A DNA stretch of 64,000 nt, taken from the NCBI GenBank assembly GCA_963664435.2, contig CAXXKM010000003.1, positions 480,001 through 544,000 of the forward strand, written 5' to 3'. The notes below the pieces were generated by a model, which did no database searches, had not been told where the DNA came from, and was given only the letters and a program-made list of their open reading frames with translations. Positions 10,144 through 19,451 of the stretch are shown here, piece after piece. The number at the start of each line of letters is the position of its first letter. The stretch's first letter is position 1. This DNA comes from Longimicrobiales bacterium. Lineage in GTDB: Bacteria; Gemmatimonadota; Gemmatimonadetes; Longimicrobiales; Gaopeijiaceae. Position numbers and translations under genes: made by a program.

Positions 10144-12520
10144 CAAACTCCTCCTTGAGTCGATGGACGAGACGCCGCACCGCTCGATCGACGGCGGCAT
10201 CCGTCAGGGTTCGACGGCTCGACTGAAAGCGCAGCCGGAAGCCGACGGACCGGTAGCCGCCCGGCACGTCCCCGCCGCGGAAGAGGTCGAAGACGGAGAC
10301 CTCGACGAGATCCCGGCCCCCGCGCTCTTCGAGGAACTCCAGTATCTGCCGGGCCGGAAGCGAATCCGGAATCAGCAGGGCGATGTCCCGCTCCACCGCG
10401 GGAAAGGCGGGAAGGGGACGGAAGGCCGGATCGGGCTTCTCCCCGGCGCCGTCGCCCAGTTCGAGCTCCAGCCCCCAGACCGGTCCGGCCCAGACGGGGG
10501 CGTCCACCCGGTCCGCGCGCACCTTGCCCGCGCCGCCCACGACCGAACCGTCGGCCGCCCGCAGCATAAACTCGCACCCTTCCTCGAAGAAGGTCGAGTC
10601 GAAGGTGCCGGGCTCGACCGAGCAGTCGCCCGGGAGCACGACCTCGAGCAGCTCCTCGACCAGGCCGCGCAGCTCCCACTCGTCCCACGGCAGGTCCCCG
10701 GCGGACCAGTGGTGGGGCCGCCGCCGCCCGGTCATCGCGACCGCGAGGCGATTGGTCTCGCGCGGCAACCCGCCGGACCCGCCGACTCCGAATACCGCGC
10801 CCATGTCGAACAGCTGCATGTCGCGAGCGCCTCGCGCGAAGTTGTGTTCGACCGCGTGCAGGAGCCCGAAGAGCACGGTGCTGCGAAGGTGGCTCTCTTC
10901 CGCGGATACCGGATTGAGAACCTCCACCTCTCCCTCTTCGGCGGGCGCGAACGCGGTCGTGTGCGCCTCCAGGAACCCCCGGCCCACCAAGGTCGTCCTG
11001 AGGCGGTCCTGCAACCGCAGGAGGGGATCGTCCGGGACCGTCCCCGGGCGGAAGGCGCCCAGGCTGTCCGGGAAGCGATCGTAGCCGTAGACGCGCGCGA
11101 CCTCCTCGATCAGGTCGACCTCGCGAAGGGTGTCGTAGCTCCGGTGCCCCGGGATCGTGACCTCGATTGCGCCGCCGGACGGCCTGCAGCGGTATCCCAG
11201 CGGCTCGAGCAGCTCCACGATGTCGCCGGCCTCGAATCCCACGCCGAGCAGCTGCCCGACGCGCCCGGGACGGAGCGTCACGACCGGGGCGCGCCAGGGC
11301 CGCGGGCAGGCGTCCAGGAGAATGGGTGCCGGCTCGCCTCCCGCGGTGGCCACGATGATCGAAACCGTGCGCCGAATCGCCCGCTCCAGGCCGGCGGGGT
11401 CGACGCCGCGTTCGAAGCGGTAGCTGGCGTCGGTCGACATGCCCAGCGCTCGTCGCACCGAGCGCACGCCCGTGGGATTGAAGAGCGCGCACTCCAGGAG
11501 GACGTCCGTGGTTCCCTCGCCGATCTCCGAGTCGCCGCCGCCCATGACTCCGGCGACGGCCAGGGCCTCCTCGGAATCGCAGATGAGGAGCATTCCGTCG
11601 TCCAGGCGGCGCCGCTCGCCATCGAGCGTCTGCAGCATCTCACCGCGCCGGGCGCCACGGACCACGATCTCGGCCCCCCCGACCTTCGCCAGGTCGAAGG
11701 CGTGCAGCGGCTGACCGAGCTCCAGGAGCACGTAGTTGGTGGCGTCGACCACGTTGTTGATGGGCTGCGCGCCCGCTGCTCGGAGGCGCGACGCCAGCCA
11801 CTCCGGGGAGGGGCCGATGCGCACCCCGCGCACGACCGCCGCCATGTAGCGCCAGCACTGCCGGGGATCGTCGATGCGGACGCGCACGCCGCCCGCGTCG
11901 ACCACCCCCGACCCGCTGCGCACCGTGAGTTCGTGCTCGACCGCTCCGGGGAGGTCGGCCAGGCGGAGCCCGCCTTCGCCCACCAGCTCGCGCGCGACCC
12001 CCACGTGCGAGAGCAGGTCGCCCCGGTTGGGCGAGACCTCGACATCCAGGCGATGGTCGTCCAGGTCCATCGCGGGCGCGAAGGCGCTTCCCGGCTCGAA
12101 CTGTCCGGCCAACTCGAGGATGCCCCGGTGGTCGGTGCCCAGCCCCAGCTCGCGGGCCGAGCAGAGCATGCCGCGCGACTCCTCCCCGCGGATGCGGACG
12201 CGCTTGATGCGCACGTTGCCGGGCAGGACGGCGCCCACCGGCACGAAGGGGTAGCACGCGCCCGCGCGGACGTTGGGCGCTCCGCACACCACCTGCACGG
12301 TTCCGTTTCCGCCGTCGACCTCGCAGACGGAGAGCCGGTCCGCATTCGGGTGCCGGCGCACGCGCTCCACGCGGCCGATCACCACCCCGCCGATCTCCGC
12401 GGCCAGGTCGGTGATCCCTTCCACGGGCGCACCGCGCATGGCCAGCCGGGCCGCGATCTCCCCGACGGCCAGGTCGAGCCCCGGCGCGACCGCCTGCAAC
12501 CACCGGCGCGAGACGTTCAT
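10103..12520 (-). CDS. pheT: Phenylalanine--tRNA ligase beta subunit
   Basis: HPNADRL, VVCGAPNV, RGEESRGMLCS, PNRGDLLS, INNVVDATNY, RFERGVD, FPAVERD. Confidence 0.97.
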   Translation of the reverse strand: MNVSRRWLQAVAPGLDLAVGEIAARLAMRGAPVEGITDLAAEIGGVVIGRVERVRRHPNADRLSVCEVDGGNGTVQVVCGAPNVRAGACYPFVPVGAVLPGNVRIKRVRIRGEESRGMLCSARELGLGTDHRGILELAGQFEPGSAFAPAMDLDDHRLDVEVSPNRGDLLSHVGVARELVGEGGLRLADLPGAVEHELTVRSGSGVVDAGGVRVRIDDPRQCWRYMAAVVRGVRIGPSPEWLASRLRAAGAQPINNVVDATNYVLLELGQPLHAFDLAKVGGAEIVVRGARRGEMLQTLDGERRRLDDGMLLICDSEEALAVAGVMGGGDSEIGEGTTDVLLECALFNPTGVRSVRRALGMSTDASYRFERGVDPAGLERAIRRTVSIIVATAGGEPAPILLDACPRPWRAPVVTLRPGRVGQLLGVGFEAGDIVELLEPLGYRCRPSGGAIEVTIPGHRSYDTLREVDLIEEVARVYGYDRFPDSLGAFRPGTVPDDPLLRLQDRLRTTLVGRGFLEAHTTAFAPAEEGEVEVLNPVSAEESHLRSTVLFGLLHAVEHNFARGARDMQLFDMGAVFGVGGSGGLPRETNRLAVAMTGRRRPHHWSAGDLPWDEWELRGLVEELLEVVLPGDCSVEPGTFDSTFFEEGCEFMLRAADGSVVGGAGKVRADRVDAPVWAGPVWGLELELGDGAGEKPDPAFRPLPAFPAVERDIALLIPDSLPARQILEFLEERGGRDLVEVSVFDLFRGGDVPGGYRSVGFRLRFQSSRRTLTDAAVDRAVRRLVHRLKEEFGVEPRASAAGSGR

Positions 12521-13548
12521 GCGAACTGGGAAAGGAAGCGGATGTCGTTCTCGTAGAGCGTGCGGATGTCGGTAATCCCGTACTTGATCATGGCGATGCG
12601 CGCGGGGCCCATGCCAAAGGCCCAGCCGGAATAGCGTTCGGGGTCGATGCCCACATTCTCGAGCACCGCCGGATCGACCATTCCGGCTCCCATGATCTCC
12701 AGCCAGGCGGTCTCCTCGACGCTGCCGTCCGCGCGCACCACGCGCCGCTTCACGTCGACCTCCGCGCTCGGTTCCGTGAACGGGAAATAGCCGGGGCGGA
12801 AGCGCACGCGCGTCCCGGGTCCCCAGAAGCGGCGCGCAAACTCGGAGAGGGTCGCCTTGAAGTCCACGAAGGTGATGCCCTCATCCACCGCGAGTCCCTC
12901 TATCTGAAAGAATGCGGGCGCGTGCGTCGCGTCCCAGGTGTCGCGCCGGTAGGCCGGGCCCGGGGCCAGGATGCGCACCGGGGGCGGGTATTCCTCGAGG
13001 ATCCGGATCTGGACCGGGGAGGTGTGACTGCGCAGAAGCCCTCCGCCCTTCAAGTAGAGGGTGTCCTGCTCGTCCGCGGCAGGGTGGTCCAGCGGCGTGT
13101 TCAGCGCGACGAAGTTATACCACTCCGTCTCCGCCTCGGGCCCCCGGGCCCGCGTGAACCCCATGCGCGCGAAAATGTCGCAGATCTCGTCGACGATCCG
13201 CGTGACGGGGTGGCGCGCGCCCGTCCATCGAAGCCGCCCGGGAAGGGTGAGGTCGGGTGCCGGCGTGCCGGCGTCCGGACGCTTGCGCGCGAGGTGGCGT
13301 TCCCGCTCCTCCAGCGCGCCGCGCAGCACCCGCTTCAGCCGGTTCGCCTCGGCGCCCACGGCCGGGCGCGCTTCCGGGCTGAGGCCGCCGAGCTGGCGCA
13401 GGATCCGGGAAACGCGCCCTTCCCTGCGGCCCAGGAATGCTACCCGGACCCGCTCCAGGGCAGCGGGATCACTCGTGCCGGCGATGGCATCCTGCGCGTC
13501 CCGTTCGAGCGCCCGGAGCTCATCGATGAGAGAGCCGGCCTCGGACAC
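12517..13548 (-). CDS. pheS: Phenylalanine--tRNA ligase alpha subunit
   Basis: LRSHTSPVQ, YRRD..DATH..F.Q.EG, YFPFTEPS, GAGMV, GWAFGMG. Confidence 0.97.
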   Translation of the reverse strand: MSEAGSLIDELRALERDAQDAIAGTSDPAALERVRVAFLGRREGRVSRILRQLGGLSPEARPAVGAEANRLKRVLRGALEERERHLARKRPDAGTPAPDLTLPGRLRWTGARHPVTRIVDEICDIFARMGFTRARGPEAETEWYNFVALNTPLDHPAADEQDTLYLKGGGLLRSHTSPVQIRILEEYPPPVRILAPGPAYRRDTWDATHAPAFFQIEGLAVDEGITFVDFKATLSEFARRFWGPGTRVRFRPGYFPFTEPSAEVDVKRRVVRADGSVEETAWLEIMGAGMVDPAVLENVGIDPERYSGWAFGMGPARIAMIKYGITDIRTLYENDIRFLSQFA

Positions 13549-13579
13549 GAGGGCGTCGGATTACGAGCGCGAACCGCGC

Positions 13580-13942
13580 TCAGGCACCGGCCAGCCCCTG
13601 CTTGGCGCGGTCCGCCAGCGCGGCGAAGGCTTCCGGGTTGCGCACGGCGAGGTCCGCCAGCGACTTGCGGTCCAGTTCGACGCCGGCCCGCTGGAGGCCG
13701 TTGATGAACCGGGAATAGGAAAGATCGTGCTGCCGGGAGGCCGCGTTGATGCGCGTAATCCACAGCCGCCGGAAGTTCCGCTTCTTCTGCTTGCGGTCCC
13801 GGTAGGCGTATTCCCAACCGCGCTCCACGGCATCCTTCGCGGTGCGGTACAGCTTCTTGCGGGCGCCGAAATAGCCCTTTGCCTGACGAAGAATCTTCTT
13901 CTTGCGTCGCTTGCGCGCGGGGGCGCCGGTCGTTCTGGGCAT
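13580..13942 (-). CDS. rplT: 50S ribosomal protein L20
   Basis: [40 protein letters not shown]. Confidence 0.98.
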   Translation of the reverse strand: MPRTTGAPARKRRKKKILRQAKGYFGARKKLYRTAKDAVERGWEYAYRDRKQKKRNFRRLWITRINAASRQHDLSYSRFINGLQRAGVELDRKSLADLAVRNPEAFAALADRAKQGLAGA

Positions 13943-13963
13943 GAGGTGGTCTCTCCAGCGGCC

Positions 13964-14161
13964 TTATGACTTGGGGAGGAGGCGACGGAGCTTCCGCGCA
14001 TCCGCGCTGGAGACCAGCGTGGCGGAACGCAGGCGGCGCTTCCTCTTCCGGGATTTCTTGGTAAGGATGTGGCTCTTGTAAGCCCGCATCCTGCGGAGCT
14101 TGCCGCGGCCGGTCCGGCGGATCCGCTTGGCCGCTCCGCGATTGGTCTTCATTTTCGGCAC
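13964..14161 (-). CDS. rpmI: 50S ribosomal protein L35
   Basis: GTG start, (M)[12 protein letters not shown]...[14 protein letters not shown]; 65 aa, the C-terminal part of the track ORF 13964..14755. Confidence 0.96.
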   Translation of the reverse strand: MPKMKTNRGAAKRIRRTGRGKLRRMRAYKSHILTKKSRKRKRRLRSATLVSSADARKLRRLLPKS

Positions 14162-14163
14162 GA

Positions 14164-14676
14164 TCAACTCCTCGGAGCCAACACCATGGTCATCGTGCGC
14201 CCTTCCCGCACCGGGCGCGTCTCTATCTTCGCAACCTCTTCCAGATCCCGTGTCACCCGCTTCAGCACCTGCAGCCCGATCTCCGGGTGGGAGAGCTGCC
14301 GTCCGCGAAACATCATCGTCAGCTTCACCTTGTTGCCCTCGCCCAGGAAGCGGCGGGCGTGCCGGAGCTTGAAGTCGTAGTCGTGATCCTCGATTCCGGG
14401 CCGGAACTTCACTTCCTTGATCTGGACGTGATGCTGCTTCTTCTTCGCTTCCTTGGCCTTCCGGGCCGCGTTGTACTTGTACTTCCCGTAGTCCATGAGC
14501 CGGCACACGGGAGGACGCGCGGCCGGCGCCACCTCCACCAGGTCGAGACCGACCCTGCCGGCCCTCTCGCGCGCCTCCTCTATGGAGACGATGCCCACCT
14601 GGGCGCCCCGCTCGTCGATGAGCCGAATGGGACTGATCCTGATCTGGTCGTTGACTCGGATTCGCTGTTCCTTTAT
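14164..14676 (-). CDS. infC: Translation initiation factor IF-3 (non-canonical ATA start)
   Basis: SD GGAGG then ATA at 14676 in frame: (M)[20 protein letters not shown]...[20 protein letters not shown]...KEVKFRP. Confidence 0.94.
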   Translation of the reverse strand: MKEQRIRVNDQIRISPIRLIDERGAQVGIVSIEEARERAGRVGLDLVEVAPAARPPVCRLMDYGKYKYNAARKAKEAKKKQHHVQIKEVKFRPGIEDHDYDFKLRHARRFLGEGNKVKLTMMFRGRQLSHPEIGLQVLKRVTRDLEEVAKIETRPVREGRTMTMVLAPRS

Positions 14677-14728
14677 GGCTGTTTCCTCCGTGGTTCATGA
14701 ATCCGCCTCGCGGCGGGGATCGTGAGAC

Positions 14729-14860
14729 AAAAAAACCCGGGCCACCCCGGGACACGAAACGCCGGGCGGCCGATCGACGCTGCTCGCCGGCCGACCCGTC
14801 TCGTAACCCAGCGGCGCGTGGCGCCGAAGGTGGAGGGAACGTGCGATCCTCGCTTCCGTG
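14729..14860 (-). promoter_or_regulatory. L20-leader-like transcription attenuator upstream of infC-rpmI-rplT
   Basis: Minus strand GAAGCGAGGATCGCACGTTCCCTCCACCTTCGGCGCCACGCGCCGCTGGGT, followed by intrinsic terminator CCCGGG-GTGG-CCCGGG-T7 (14751-14729) before the infC SD. Confidence 0.65.
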
Positions 14861-14897
14861 TTGTCAACGGCGAAAGATAGGGATGAGAGGCGTCCGG

Positions 14898-15776
14898 TCA
14901 AGCGAAGCGCTTCAGGTAAAGCCGCATTCCCGCCCAGTCGTTGGCCGCGTTGAAGACATCGAAGTAGCGCCGGGCTCTATCCTTCCCGATCACCGCCGCC
15001 TGCAGTTCCCTCGTCTCGGCCTCGAACTCCTCCGCCAGCCGCGGGTCGTCCGTGTCCGGGCCTGCCCGCACCCGGTCTTCCAACGCTGCCAGCGCCCCGC
15101 TCAACTCTTCCCGCCGGGCTTCGAAGTCGTCGTAGATGCCGAAGTGGGCCACCGCGAAGCGGTCGGGATCGTAGACCCGCACCCGCTCGAGCGTCTCCTG
15201 CCAGGCCGCCGCGTCGACGCCGGGCGCGGGCGTGGGGGGATGCACGGGGGCGCGGCGGTCGAGGATCACGCCCAGCGCGTCGCCGCAGAGCAGCACGCCG
15301 TCGCGGTCGTCCAGCCAGGCAACGTGATGGCCGATGTGGCCCGGCGTCGAGATGGGGCGCAGGAGCCGCAGCGGGGCGCGCGTCCCCGGCTCCCAGGCGC
15401 GTATGTTGCGCGCCGGGACCGGGCGCACCTCTGCCCACAGGCGGTCGTGGGCCTCGCCGAACGTGCGCCGCGTGCTCCTCACCAGGCGGACCGGGTCGGC
15501 GACATGGGGCGCGGCGTCCGCGTGGACATGCACGCTCAGCCCGTCGTTCTCGCCCACCAGATGCCCCGTGGCGCCGGCATGATCCAGGTGGATGTGGGTG
15601 AGGAAGACGGCGCGCAGGTCGGCGACCGCGAGGCCCCGCTCCGCCAGGCGGACCCGGAGCATGTCCAGGCAGGTCGCCGGTCCGGGATCGACCAGAACGG
15701 GCTCGGGGACCTCCAGCAGAAAGGACGAGATCGCGCCCTTGAGACCCAGGTGTTCGAGGTCGAGGAGTTCGATCAA
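14898..15776 (-). CDS. MBL-fold metallo-hydrolase
   Basis: THIHLDHAG (HxHxDH), TPGH..HH, GDA, AHFG; likely TTG start overlapping the gltA stop. Confidence 0.88.
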   Translation of the reverse strand: MIELLDLEHLGLKGAISSFLLEVPEPVLVDPGPATCLDMLRVRLAERGLAVADLRAVFLTHIHLDHAGATGHLVGENDGLSVHVHADAAPHVADPVRLVRSTRRTFGEAHDRLWAEVRPVPARNIRAWEPGTRAPLRLLRPISTPGHIGHHVAWLDDRDGVLLCGDALGVILDRRAPVHPPTPAPGVDAAAWQETLERVRVYDPDRFAVAHFGIYDDFEARREELSGALAALEDRVRAGPDTDDPRLAEEFEAETRELQAAVIGKDRARRYFDVFNAANDWAGMRLYLKRFA

Positions 15777-17071
15777 CCGCTTGGCGCGTAGGGTCGCTCT
15801 TCGGATCCCACGTAGACCTGGCGCGGACGCGCGATGCGCTGCTCGCGGTCGTTGACCATCTCCTCCCACTGAGTGAGCCAGCCCACGGTGCGGGGAATGG
15901 CGAAGAGCAACGGGAACATCTCCGACGGGAACCCCATCGACTGATAGATCAGGCCCGAGTAGAAGTCGACGTTGGGGTAGAGGTTGCGCCGGATGAAGTA
16001 CTCCTCTCCCAGCGCGATCTTCTCGAGTTCCAGGGCGATGTCGAGAAGCGGATTCTTGCCCAGCACCTCGAACACCTCGTGCGCCGTCTCCTTGATGATG
16101 CTGGCGCGCGGATCGTAGGCCTTGTACACGCGGTGTCCGAAGCCCATCAGCCGGCGTTCCCCCCGCTTCACGCTCTCCATGAACTCGGGGATGTTGTCGG
16201 TGCTGCCGATTTCCTCCAGCATGCGCAGGACGGCCTCGTTGGCGCCCCCGTGGAGGGGCCCGAACAGCGCCGCCATGGCGCCGGCGTGCGCGGAATAGGG
16301 GTCGGACTGGGAGCTGCCGATGACCCGCATCGCCGTCGTGGAGCAGTTCTGCTCGTGGTCGGCGTGGAGGATGAAGAGCACCTCCAGGGCGCGCTCCAGC
16401 GCCGGATGAGGCTCGTACTCGCGCACGCCTACGCGAAAAAGCATCGACAGGAAATTCTGTGTGTAGTTGAGCGCGTTGTCGGGATAGGCGAGCGGGAGCC
16501 CCTTGTGATGGCGGTAGGTGAAGGCGGCGATCGTCGGCATCTTGGCGATCAGGCGCACGATCTGCCTCCAGCGATTCTCCGGGTCGTGGATGTTCCTGGC
16601 TTCGGGATAGAAGGTGGACATCGCCGCCACCGTGCTGATCGCCATTCCCATCGCGTGCGCGTTGTAGCGGAACGCGTCGATCAGCTTGGTCAGGTTCTCG
16701 TGGATGTAGGTGTGCATCCTGACTTCGTCGCGGAAGACGTCCAGTTCGTCGGATGCCGGCAGCTCCCCCTTGAGGATCAGGTAGGCCACCTCCAGAAACG
16801 TGGCCTTCCCGGCCAGCTGCTCGATCGGGTAGCCGCGGTACTGCAGGATCCCCCTGGAGCCGTCGATGTAGGTGATTGTGCTGCGGGTGTTGGCCGTATT
16901 GGAGAAGCCGGGATCGTACGCCATCATGCCGAAGTCCGAGTCCCGAACCTTGATCCTGCGCAGGTCCATGGCCCGGATGACGTCGCCTTCCAGGATGTCT
17001 ACGTCGTACCTGGCCCCGGTACGATTGTCGGTAATCGAAAGAGTGCCGTTCTCCGCCCCGCCGTTTTCCAT
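15773..17071 (-). CDS. gltA: Citrate synthase
   Basis: YDPGF, LQYRGY, LHADHEQNCST, GPLHGGANE, MGFGHRVYK, YPNVDFYSG. Confidence 0.97.
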   Translation of the reverse strand: MENGGAENGTLSITDNRTGARYDVDILEGDVIRAMDLRRIKVRDSDFGMMAYDPGFSNTANTRSTITYIDGSRGILQYRGYPIEQLAGKATFLEVAYLILKGELPASDELDVFRDEVRMHTYIHENLTKLIDAFRYNAHAMGMAISTVAAMSTFYPEARNIHDPENRWRQIVRLIAKMPTIAAFTYRHHKGLPLAYPDNALNYTQNFLSMLFRVGVREYEPHPALERALEVLFILHADHEQNCSTTAMRVIGSSQSDPYSAHAGAMAALFGPLHGGANEAVLRMLEEIGSTDNIPEFMESVKRGERRLMGFGHRVYKAYDPRASIIKETAHEVFEVLGKNPLLDIALELEKIALGEEYFIRRNLYPNVDFYSGLIYQSMGFPSEMFPLLFAIPRTVGWLTQWEEMVNDREQRIARPRQVYVGSEERPYAPSG

Positions 17072-17392
17072 GTCCGCTCTCCGCACGGGCTCACGTTGAG
17101 CCGGTGCATGTCGTTTGGGTTGCGCGGGCTCCCGGTCGCCGCAGAGTCCGCTTCCGCTTCAACTCCCACAGACGGATAGTCTAACCTGGAGCGCAAGCGG
17201 CGCGGTAGATGTGAGCCGCAAGCGGCGTCCCCGGGCCCTTCCGTTCGCCCATCCTCGCCCGTCACGAAGGCCTCCGCCCACGACGCCCCATCCAGTCATG
17301 GCAACGCCCGGCCTGGAGTGTTTGGATTCATGGGGTGCGAACGGGAGCGCGGCCCGGAAACCGCGCAGGGCAATCATCCACAAGGAGGGGCA

Positions 17393-17788
17393 ATGCGCGG
17401 TTCACAGGGATTCTCTCTTATCGAGCTACTTCTCGTGACGCTGATCATCGGCATTCTCGCCACCATCGCGATTCCCCGTCTGACGGCGGCGCGCGACCGG
17501 GCCTTCGTGGCGACGATGCAGGCGGATCTCCGCAACCTGGCGACCCAGCAGGAGATCCACTATGCCGACGAACTGACCTACTCGGACGACCTGGACGACC
17601 TCGAGTTCTCCGCCTCGGAACGGGTGACCGTCGACGTCGAGGAAGCAACGGGTACCGGATGGTCGGCAACGGCGACCCACGAGGCCTTCGACGACGACGA
17701 CGACGGGTGCTCGGTCTACTACGGCGACGCGGAAGCACCGGAACTGGCGGCCCCCGATGAAGCCGGGGTGATCGCCTGCACCCGATAG
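17393..17788 (+). CDS. Type IV pilin-like protein
   Basis: Prepilin cleavage motif QG|FSLIELLLV with hydrophobic helix; SD AAGGAGG; C-terminal Cys pair. Confidence 0.9.
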   Translation: MRGSQGFSLIELLLVTLIIGILATIAIPRLTAARDRAFVATMQADLRNLATQQEIHYADELTYSDDLDDLEFSASERVTVDVEEATGTGWSATATHEAFDDDDDGCSVYYGDAEAPELAAPDEAGVIACTR

Positions 17789-17909
17789 CCGGCCCGGGGA
17801 GGCTCACGACGGACTCCCTCGACGCCGGGTGCGGGCCGACCGGCCTGGTGGGGCGTCGTCCCGCGGGAACTCGCTTCGCGGTGCGGGACGCGGGGGAGCC
17901 GGGGTCCGG

Positions 17910-18386
17910 CTAGCGAACCGTGAAGCGAACCGTGTCGATCACCCAGGGCTGCAGCGGCACGTGCAGGCCGTCGGCGACGACCGCGATGATCGTGTAGTCG
18001 CCTGGTGCCAGATCCGTCATCTCGTACTCCGTCTGCGCCAGGCCAAAGTGGACGTAGCTGCCCTCCACCGCGGGGATGGGCTGGTCGGCAGGCGTGAGGT
18101 CGGCGTTGATCAGCAGATGATGATGCCCGGTGCCGGGGTCCATGATCCCCGCCTCGACGACCTCGAGGTTGTCGACCTCGAAGACCACTCGAACGGAGGT
18201 CCCGTCGACCGTCGAGCCGTCGGCAGGCTCGGTGATGTGGACCGCCATCGCCCCTTCGTCCATGGCGGCCTCCTCGGCCATTCCGGCGTCGTCCATCGAC
18301 TCGCCCGCGTCTCCGCCGCCACCACAGCCGAGTGCGGCGAGAAGTGCGGCCAACGACCACGGGCTCCATCTGCGAATTCCTGGCAT
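17910..18386 (-). CDS. DUF4399-like lipoprotein (His/Met-rich)
   Basis: Lipobox AALGC, Met/acidic linker, ITEPADGSTV, TGHHHLLIN, VHFGLAQTE, L.PG.YT, DGLH. Confidence 0.75.
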   Translation of the reverse strand: MPGIRRWSPWSLAALLAALGCGGGGDAGESMDDAGMAEEAAMDEGAMAVHITEPADGSTVDGTSVRVVFEVDNLEVVEAGIMDPGTGHHHLLINADLTPADQPIPAVEGSYVHFGLAQTEYEMTDLAPGDYTIIAVVADGLHVPLQPWVIDTVRFTVR

Positions 18387-18716
18387 GAGTACCATCCGTG
18401 TTGACGGGGAATGGTTTGCGGGTTCCGGCGGGCACGGCGCGAGGCCGCTGTCCGTGCCAGTATTGAACCGCACCTGCCGCCCGGCAAGACCCGGCAGGCG
18501 CGACGGGCCGGCGGACAATCGTGCCGGACGAAACCTCGGCGGACCATTCCGGCACCGCCGGACGACCTTGCCGGGCGGGTCGAGGTCGACCAATCTGCTA
18601 CTATGCAACCCGGCACTTCCGGGCGGCCCCGCGCAACATCGGGCCGGACACGCGTCCGGCGGAGGCGCGGCCTGCATCCCGATAGTGACGACCGACCCAT
18701 CAACAGGAGATGAAGC

Positions 18717-19358
18717 ATGCGCAAGCTAGTCCCCATCCTCGTCATGACGCTCGCGGCAGGCGCTCAGGCGGTACACGCGCAGAGCGCGCAGATGAACTTC
18801 TTCCTCACCAGCGCCGGGTCCGGCGACGGAGCCAACCTCGGCGGCCTCCAGGGAGCGGATCAGATCTGCCAGGACCGCGCCTACGCGGTGGGCGCCGGCG
18901 ACCTGATCTGGCGGGCCTACCTGAGCACGACCGGCGAGTCCGGGGAAAACGCGCGCGACCGCATCGGCGATGGTCCCTGGTACAACTTCGCCGGCACCAT
19001 GGTGGCCCGGGACGTCGACGACCTCCACTCCGAGAACAACCTGCTCGGCAAGGAGAACTCGCTGACCGAGCGCGGCGAACCGGTGAACGGCCGGGGCGAC
19101 TCGCCCAACATGCACGACATCATCACCGGGTCGACCATGGACGGCATGGCCTCGGACGCGGACGGCGACTCCACCTGCGAGAACTGGACCAGCAACAGCG
19201 GCGACGGCAGCGCGCTGGTCGGCCACCACGACCGCGTGGGCGGCGGGCAGAACCCCACCTCCTGGAACTCGGCGCACGCCTCGCGCGGCTGCGGCCAGGA
19301 GGACCTGCAGGGCACGGGCGGCAACGGCTTCTTCTACTGCTTCGGGATCGGCAGCTGA
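18717..19358 (+). CDS. Secreted endostatin/C-type-lectin-like protein
   Basis: Signal peptide; FFLTS, NLGGL.GAD..CQ, WRAYLS, NARDRIG.GPW, HDIITGS, TC.NWTS, SWNSAH, FYCF. Confidence 0.7.
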   Translation: MRKLVPILVMTLAAGAQAVHAQSAQMNFFLTSAGSGDGANLGGLQGADQICQDRAYAVGAGDLIWRAYLSTTGESGENARDRIGDGPWYNFAGTMVARDVDDLHSENNLLGKENSLTERGEPVNGRGDSPNMHDIITGSTMDGMASDADGDSTCENWTSNSGDGSALVGHHDRVGGGQNPTSWNSAHASRGCGQEDLQGTGGNGFFYCFGIGS

Positions 19359-19394
19359 CCGACAACCCTCCCGGGCGACAGCACGCATTTCCCG

Positions 19395-19445
19395 CGTAGC
19401 GGGGTCCCGCCGCCGGATCATTCCGGGCGGCGGGACCTCGCTGCG
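19395..19445. terminator. GC-rich hairpin between convergent genes
   Basis: CGTAGCGGGGTCCCGCCGCC ... GGCGGCGGGACCTCGCTGCG inverted repeat. Confidence 0.55.
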
Positions 19446-19451
19446 GCTGGT

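Noticed and set aside
17090..17390. c-di-GMP riboswitch upstream of the pilin
   Set aside because: Hairpins are present, but I could not find the GEMM consensus elements in the right order.
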